In this document: positions 41,279 through 45,654 of the stretch, piece after piece
Position numbering within the stretch: the stretch's first letter is position 1
Layout of the letters: each line of letters begins with the position of its first letter
Assembly: GCA_964641825.1 (NCBI GenBank)
Contig: CAZXKZ010000001.1
Span: 1 to 45,654, forward strand
DNA length: 45,654 nucleotides
Source: an uncultured Bauldia sp.
GTDB taxonomy: Bacteria; Pseudomonadota; Alphaproteobacteria; Rhizobiales; Kaistiaceae
Direction: 5' to 3'
Made by a program: the position numbers and the translations under genes
The notes under the pieces: generated by a model
What the model was told of the DNA's origin: nothing
The model's database searches: none
The model's input: the letters and a program-made list of their open reading frames with translations, nothing else

Positions 41279-41996
41279 GATGAGGTTCCTCCTGATTGGG
41301 TTTAGTCGGCAGTCTTGGGTTGAGCCGGTCGACAATCGGTCGACCATCTTGATCCATCACAATGGGCGGGAAGTCTTCCCATGGTTCGAAGGCGGGATGA
41401 ATTGTCACCGATGTGGCGTGAGCCAGAGCCCCGAAGAAGTGAACATACGGCGTTGCAATGTACCAACATTGCTCGCGGGTAAACGCCGCGCGAGCAACTT
41501 CGACCCCCTCGCCCGACAGAGGATAAGTGAAAGTTACGTTCAGCGTGTCAAACTGCACATCCGCCTCTACCACTGCGGCGATCACAAGGTAGGTATGAAA
41601 CTTAATATGGGCAATGACATCTTCGCCTTTCGCATGTTGGGGAACATGCCGGTTAACTGAAATCACTCCGCCTAGTGGTTCAATAACGAAGTTTGGTTGA
41701 AAAGCAGGCTCATTAATGGTTTGTTTCATTGGCGCAGGCGGTCGCGGAATGATTCCTGTCTCAATGAATTGGCGAAGCTCCGGTGTGACTTCGTACCATT
41801 CACCACGAATGCGAGATTTATGAAACTGCCGCTGAAAAGCCTTTTCCTTTTCGGTATCGCCTGGAATGGTATGAAGGAGGGAGATCGGGAATGGGCTGCC
41901 ATTCTGGAGGGCCGCTAATCGGGCACGCAGGTTGGTCGTAGTGCCTATCTTGATGTAGTTACCAGCTTGAACAAAGTAAACGACACTTTCACTCAT
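41256..41996 (-). CDS. T5orf172/MUG113 (GIY-YIG superfamily) domain protein with an unknown C-terminal domain of about 160 aa
   Basis: VYFVQAGNYIKIGTTTNLRARLAALQNGSPFP...FQRQFHKSRIRGEWYE. The start overlaps the RHH stop (ATGAGTGA). Confidence 0.7.
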   Translation of the reverse strand: MSESVVYFVQAGNYIKIGTTTNLRARLAALQNGSPFPISLLHTIPGDTEKEKAFQRQFHKSRIRGEWYEVTPELRQFIETGIIPRPPAPMKQTINEPAFQPNFVIEPLGGVISVNRHVPQHAKGEDVIAHIKFHTYLVIAAVVEADVQFDTLNVTFTYPLSGEGVEVARAAFTREQCWYIATPYVHFFGALAHATSVTIHPAFEPWEDFPPIVMDQDGRPIVDRLNPRLPTKPNQEEPHHGSNRMA

Positions 41997-42198
41997 TGGG
42001 TTTGCTTTCCCCTGTTTTCTCGCGTCGACCACCCCACTCGACTGCCCAGTCAACCGGGTCGCCCTGCTCTTCAAGCCACTCGCCCAAAATCGAGCGCATC
42101 AGCCCCGATAGTGTTGCGCCACGTCGAGCGGCCTGGCGCTTGAGCGCGGCGTGCAGATCGTCGGTCAGAATTACAATTACCCTCTTTTTTTCGGCCAT
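41989..42198 (-). CDS. ribbon-helix-helix (CopG/Arc-like) DNA-binding protein; repressor or antitoxin candidate
   Basis: MAEKKRVIVILTDDLHAALKRQAARRGATLSGLMRSILGEWL is a classic beta-alpha-alpha RHH pattern. It is the distal part of the spurious long ORF 41989..42873. Confidence 0.7.
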   Translation of the reverse strand: MAEKKRVIVILTDDLHAALKRQAARRGATLSGLMRSILGEWLEEQGDPVDWAVEWGGRREKTGESKPNE

Positions 42199-42216
42199 AG
42201 CGCCCTCTTGCCAAAG

Positions 42217-42246
42217 AGTATACATGATGCGTCGTTCGTATGTCAA
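42217..42246 (-). promoter_or_regulatory. leftward promoter TTGACA-N18-TATACT
   Basis: Reverse complement of 42241-42246 is TTGACA and of 42217-42222 is TATACT. Confidence 0.55.
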
Positions 42247-42253
42247 TATGACA
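42241..42253. promoter_or_regulatory. palindromic operator candidate TGTCAATATGACA overlapping the leftward -35 box
   Basis: Perfect 5-3-5 palindrome. A related ATATTGACAA lies at 42259-42268, overlapping the rightward -35 box. Confidence 0.45.
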
Positions 42254-42261
42254 ATAAGATA

Positions 42262-42290
42262 TTGACAAGATATGCGCGTTGATTTATACT
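42262..42290 (+). promoter_or_regulatory. rightward promoter TTGACA-N17-TATACT
   Basis: Direct reading. Confidence 0.55.
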
Positions 42291-42372
42291 TGTGATCAGA
42301 AATAGAGAGCGCCCCACACGGCCTGAGAAACTGAATGGGGCGCTCAGAAACCAACTCCCGAAGGAGATGATC

Positions 42373-42900
42373 ATGTCTACTGTAGCACAATCCCCCTGCT
42401 CTGAAAAACCGAATCCGGACTGGAACAACCAGGTCAAGATTGGCCGGGGTCACAACGACCGGGGCGCGTTTCATCGCGCCATTGACCTGGCGGTCGACTT
42501 GTTTCGTTCCGGGCAATGGAACGGCCGCGGGCTGCTCATCATCCACGACCCCTACAACACCCACCAGCGGGCCAAGTTCTGGCGCGAGCCGCTGGTGGCC
42601 GGGGCGGATTATGAGTTTGCCGGCGACTCGGTTTACACGGGCGCCGGCCCGGCCGAGCCGGAGACGGCCGGAGTCACCCCGATTGCTCCCGTCGCCGAGG
42701 CGCTGCTGGATCACCTCAGCCCGATGACGTTGGCAACGATAGCGGCGGAGATGATCGCCGACACCGTGGACAACCGGGCGGAGTGGACGGACGCGCTGCA
42801 GGACGCCTACCACCTCGTATGCCGGATCGGGATCGACCTGGTGGGCGAAGAGGAGTGGGACGAGCTGGTGCACGTCGCTCTGGCGGGGAGCGGGTCGTGA
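42373..42900 (+). CDS. hypothetical early protein
   Basis: AAGGAG lies 6 nt upstream of the ATG. It is the first gene of the rightward operon. Confidence 0.5.
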   Translation: MSTVAQSPCSEKPNPDWNNQVKIGRGHNDRGAFHRAIDLAVDLFRSGQWNGRGLLIIHDPYNTHQRAKFWREPLVAGADYEFAGDSVYTGAGPAEPETAGVTPIAPVAEALLDHLSPMTLATIAAEMIADTVDNRAEWTDALQDAYHLVCRIGIDLVGEEEWDELVHVALAGSGS

Positions 42901-43622
42901 ACGTCATCGACTATACCCAGGTGGTGGCGTTTGAGGCGCGGCTGTACGCGGCCGACGAGCCGGCGAACTTCTACCTGCAGACGGCCGACGGGCGGGAGCA
43001 TCTCGTGAGCCAGTTCGAGTGGTATGACGCGCTCGGGGTGGCGACGCGGCGGGGGCGGGTCGTGCCGTGTGGGGAGGGGAGGTTTCGAGTGGCCGGTGAC
43101 CAGTGGCCAGTGGTCAGTGAAGAGGCGCGACCGCGGCCGGCGACGGTGGAGGCGGCGGTGGCGGAGATGGTGGCGCGGGGGAAGGAGAGCCAGCCGGGGC
43201 TGGGCAAGCGGCTGGACGCGGCCGGCGCGCTGGTGCTGGAGGGGCGGGTGCTCCTGGCGGACGAGCGGAGCGCGCGGATCGGGCCGTATGCGATCACCCC
43301 GGAGGCCTGCACGTGCGCGGACTTCCGGCATCGCGGGGGCTGGTGCAAGCACCGGCTGGCGGTGCGGATGGCGCGGCACCTGGCGCGGCACGGCTTTGCG
43401 ATTCCGGCGGCTCAGGCGGCCGGGCCGGCGCCGCAGATTCGGGCGAAGGACCTGGCGCTGATCGCGAGCGGGCAGGTGATGGACGAGGCGCTGCGGCGCG
43501 ATCGGGCGTATGCGGCGAGCACGCACGGGGCGCGAACGGCGGCGCTGCGGATGTTGGGGAATGGGGCGGGGTCGGTTCCGGCGGAGCTGGCGCGCCGCGC
43601 GGGGATGGCGAAGGACGAATGA
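42897..43622 (+). CDS. SWIM zinc-finger protein
   Basis: CTCADFRHRGGWCKHRLAV (CxC...CxH). GTGA start/stop overlap. Confidence 0.6.
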   Translation: MNVIDYTQVVAFEARLYAADEPANFYLQTADGREHLVSQFEWYDALGVATRRGRVVPCGEGRFRVAGDQWPVVSEEARPRPATVEAAVAEMVARGKESQPGLGKRLDAAGALVLEGRVLLADERSARIGPYAITPEACTCADFRHRGGWCKHRLAVRMARHLARHGFAIPAAQAAGPAPQIRAKDLALIASGQVMDEALRRDRAYAASTHGARTAALRMLGNGAGSVPAELARRAGMAKDE

Positions 43623-43653
43623 CGAGCTACGAGCTACGAATGACGAGCTACGA
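43615..43653 (+). repeat. two 18-nt direct repeats acgaatgacgagctacga, 21-nt period, spanning the SWIM gene stop
   Basis: Copies at 43615-43632 and 43636-43653 are identical. Confidence 0.85.
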
Positions 43654-43667
43654 ATTTGGAGGACGTG

Positions 43668-43886
43668 ATGGACAAGATTGACGAGACGAGAACGGTGACG
43701 CTGGGTCAGGTTCGGGCGGCGTTTGAGGCGCTGCTGGAGGTGGTGGTTCGGGAGTGCGACACGGTGACGGCGCGCGCGGTGCACTACGCCGAGGTGGACG
43801 TGATGGCGATCCTGGCCGGGGAGTGGACGAGCGCGGCCGAGCCGCGGTACGTGGCGGTGGATGCCACGGGGGAGCCGGTGTTCTGA
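43668..43886 (+). CDS. hypothetical protein
   Basis: GGAGGACGTG precedes the ATG. 72 aa. Confidence 0.4.
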   Translation: MDKIDETRTVTLGQVRAAFEALLEVVVRECDTVTARAVHYAEVDVMAILAGEWTSAAEPRYVAVDATGEPVF

Positions 43887-43996
43887 TGGAGTTCTACGAG
43901 ATTGCATGGTCGGCGGTGCTGTTCTTCGTGATGGCGGTTTGCGCGGTCGGGCTGCTGCGGACGGCGCGGCCGAAGGATGGTGATGGAGATGAATGA
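43886..43996 (+). CDS. 36-aa single-TM peptide (tentative)
   Basis: TGATG overlap with the upstream stop. WSAVLFFVMAVCAVGLL is hydrophobic. Confidence 0.3.
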   Translation: MEFYEIAWSAVLFFVMAVCAVGLLRTARPKDGDGDE

Positions 43997-44810
43997 GCAA
44001 CTGGAGCGGATTGAGAAGATGCTGCGGGCGCAGCTGCGGAGCGCCGGGCACGTGTGGTGGATCGGCGGGTACGTGTATGGGGTGACCTCGAACGGGGACC
44101 CGTTCATTATCCTCTACCCCTCGGCCGAGAACCTGAAGGAGAAGGTAGTCCGGGTGTATGACCAGGACTTCAAGAAGCTGCCGCGGTTCATCCCGACGGA
44201 GGGAATCGACGGCGGGGACACGGAGGCGAATCCGAGCAAGGAGCAGGCACGGAAGAAGGGCATCTACCACGAGTGCCCGGCGTTCGAGATCGTGACCTAC
44301 GATGGCAAGGACACGCAGATGGGGAAGGAGCGGCGGTTTGGGGACGTGTTGCGGCTGAGCCGGAAGGCGGCCGAGGCGTTGGGCGCGCCTGTTGGCGCGC
44401 AAACGCCGGCTCGGCAGCCCGCCGAGCAGCGTCCGCCGCCGCCGGATGAGATCGATTGGGAGCAGCCGGGCGGCGCGCCGGCGCAAGGCCAGGGGACGGG
44501 AATTAGCCCTCTTCCGGATTACCGGGCGCTGGCGCTGGGGGCGAAGACGGCGGCCGAGTTCGATTACGCGGCGTATATGACGCTGCGGAATGGGATGTAC
44601 ACCGACCAGGAGCGCATCGCGAAGACGCGGCAGGCGTTGGTGCCGGCGTGGAAGCCGGGGGAGAAGAGCAACGCGGCGATGCTGGCGGCGCTGACGGTGT
44701 ATCGGGAGAAGCGGGCCGCGGCCGAGGGTCGGGGGGAGTCGCCGGGGCCGGCGCACGCGTTCGCGAAGCGGGAGGCGATGAGCGCCTATAACAAGGCGAT
44801 TGGCAAGTAA
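43989..44810 (+). CDS. hypothetical protein
   Basis: About 273-aa ORF. The alternative start at 43977 is also possible. Confidence 0.5.
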   Translation: MNEQLERIEKMLRAQLRSAGHVWWIGGYVYGVTSNGDPFIILYPSAENLKEKVVRVYDQDFKKLPRFIPTEGIDGGDTEANPSKEQARKKGIYHECPAFEIVTYDGKDTQMGKERRFGDVLRLSRKAAEALGAPVGAQTPARQPAEQRPPPPDEIDWEQPGGAPAQGQGTGISPLPDYRALALGAKTAAEFDYAAYMTLRNGMYTDQERIAKTRQALVPAWKPGEKSNAAMLAALTVYREKRAAAEGRGESPGPAHAFAKREAMSAYNKAIGK

Positions 44811-44816
44811 CGGATT

Positions 44817-44848
44817 GGGCGGCGCGGCCGACGTCGGCCGCGCCGCCC
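44817..44848. repeat. 32-nt perfect GC-rich palindrome (hairpin) followed by ggcttt
   Basis: gggcggcgcggccgac gtcggccgcgccgccc. All 16 pairs were checked. Confidence 0.9.
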
Positions 44849-44864
44849 GGCTTTGAGGTGTGAG

Positions 44865-45215
44865 ATGGGGTACGTGTATTTGCTTCATTTTGACGAACCG
44901 ATCGCCCCAGGGCGGCACACGACGCAGCACTATATCGGGCACGCGGCCGACCTGGCGCGGCGGATTCAGGCGCACCGGCGCGGCCGGTATAACGGCGGCG
45001 GGAACGGGTGCGCGAAGCTGTGCGCGGTGGCGCGGGAGCGGGGGATCGGGTTTCGCGTGGCGCGGTTGTGGCGCGGGGAGTATGAGCTGGAGCGGCGTCT
45101 GAAGGGGATGAAGGCGGGGCGGCGGTTGTGTCCGGTCTGCGGGCAACCGTTGCCGGTGCGATTCGCGGAGGAGATTCCGGCGGCCGAGATTGAGAATCAT
45201 TTGTTGGCGTTTTAA
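44865..45215 (+). CDS. GIY-YIG nuclease-like protein with a C-terminal CPVCG motif
   Basis: GYVYLLHF...QHYIGHAADLARRIQAHRRG...ERRLK pattern. GAGGTG lies 5 nt before the ATG. Confidence 0.55.
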   Translation: MGYVYLLHFDEPIAPGRHTTQHYIGHAADLARRIQAHRRGRYNGGGNGCAKLCAVARERGIGFRVARLWRGEYELERRLKGMKAGRRLCPVCGQPLPVRFAEEIPAAEIENHLLAF

Positions 45216-45225
45216 GGAGATCGTA

Positions 45226-45654
45226 ATGGACATCGAGAAGAAGCTGAACGAGTATGCGGCGGTGGTGGGGTTTGTGTGCCCGGCGGAGTTCTGGCCGGCG
45301 CTGGGATATGAGGGGGAGGCGCGATATGTGGCGATCTGGTGGGAGCAGTGCGGCGACGAGGCGTCGTGGAGCGACGGCCGGACGTCGGTGGTGGGGGCGA
45401 GTTGGCCGGCGTATCAGAAGCTGATCGAGGCGAACTTCGCGCTCGGCCACCCGGCGCGGTGGCTGCTGGGCAGCAGCGAGACGGCGGCGACGATGTGGTT
45501 GATCATCGACCGGATGACGGAGTGGGCGTGGCTGACGCCGGTGGAGGAGGCGGCGGTCGTGTTGCGGCGGCAGTGGAAAGAGCCGGAGCGGCCGGCGGCG
45601 AGCGTGGAGGAGTGGATGTCGGCGATTGACGAGGCGATGGCAGCGGGGGTGGCC
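45226..45654 (+). CDS. hypothetical protein, 5-prime part (continues at nt 49 after removing the 48-nt overlap; about 185 aa in total)
   Basis: AAGGAGA lies 5 nt before the ATG. 143 codons with no stop to the window end. Missing from the ORF track because it has no stop. Confidence 0.6.
   Translation, partial: MDIEKKLNEYAAVVGFVCPAEFWPALGYEGEARYVAIWWEQCGDEASWSDGRTSVVGASWPAYQKLIEANFALGHPARWLLGSSETAATMWLIIDRMTEWAWLTPVEEAAVVLRRQWKEPERPAASVEEWMSAIDEAMAAGVA
45607..45654. repeat. 48-nt terminal direct repeat, identical to 1..48
   Basis: Exact identity by direct comparison. Confidence 0.95.

Noticed and set aside
41989-42873. 294-aa minus-strand ORF as listed in the track
   Set aside because: Only its last 69 codons (from ATG 42198) form a plausible gene, the RHH protein. 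The upstream part runs antisense through the promoter region and the first early gene.
42807-45233. 808-aa minus-strand ORF, the longest on that strand
   Set aside because: Its composition is extremely R/P/H/L-rich with no motifs. It is antisense to a chain of plus-strand genes with SDs and start/stop coupling. This is a typical high-GC shadow ORF.

Overview
GC-rich 45.6-kb contig (about two-thirds G+C by eye, with a few clearly AT-richer patches). The first 48 nt are identical to the last 48 nt, and one ORF reads in frame across that junction. I read it as a complete, circularly closed genome of a temperate siphovirus-type dsDNA phage or excised prophage.

Layout:
- Early/modification genes (1-4.1 kb): D12-class adenine MTase, LexA-like wHTH protein, ParB-MTase fusion.
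- Reverse-oriented trio of small acidic proteins (4.2-4.9 kb).
- SPP1-like packaging and head module (5-12 kb): putative TerS, TerL, portal, MuF-like protein, scaffold, DUF2190-like decoration protein, major capsid. No prohead protease was recognised.
- Connector and tail module (12-26.8 kb): G/GT chaperone pair with a canonical CCCAAAA -1 slippery site, tape measure, and a 1602-aa tail protein. A low-GC HNH homing endonuclease interrupts this block on the opposite strand.
- Atypical lysis-like cassette (26.8-29.5 kb): membrane proteins around a right-handed beta-helix protein, with no canonical muramidase or amidase.
- Low-GC minus-strand accessory island (about 29.5-33.3 kb).
- Minus-strand replication block (33.3-36.6 kb): mini Pol X, HTH protein, and an initiator carrying GATC-rich iterons inside its own gene.
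- Tyrosine integrase, tRNA-like attP fragments and excisionase (36.7-38.2 kb).
- Lysogeny-side cargo (38.2-42.2 kb): lamin-tail-domain lipoprotein, MTase-Mrr fusion, and an RHH / T5orf172 / small membrane peptide operon.
- A back-to-back consensus promoter switch (42.2 kb) driving the rightward early operon.

All domain calls are by-eye motif recognition. No searches were run. No rRNA, complete tRNA, CRISPR array or reverse transcriptase was seen.
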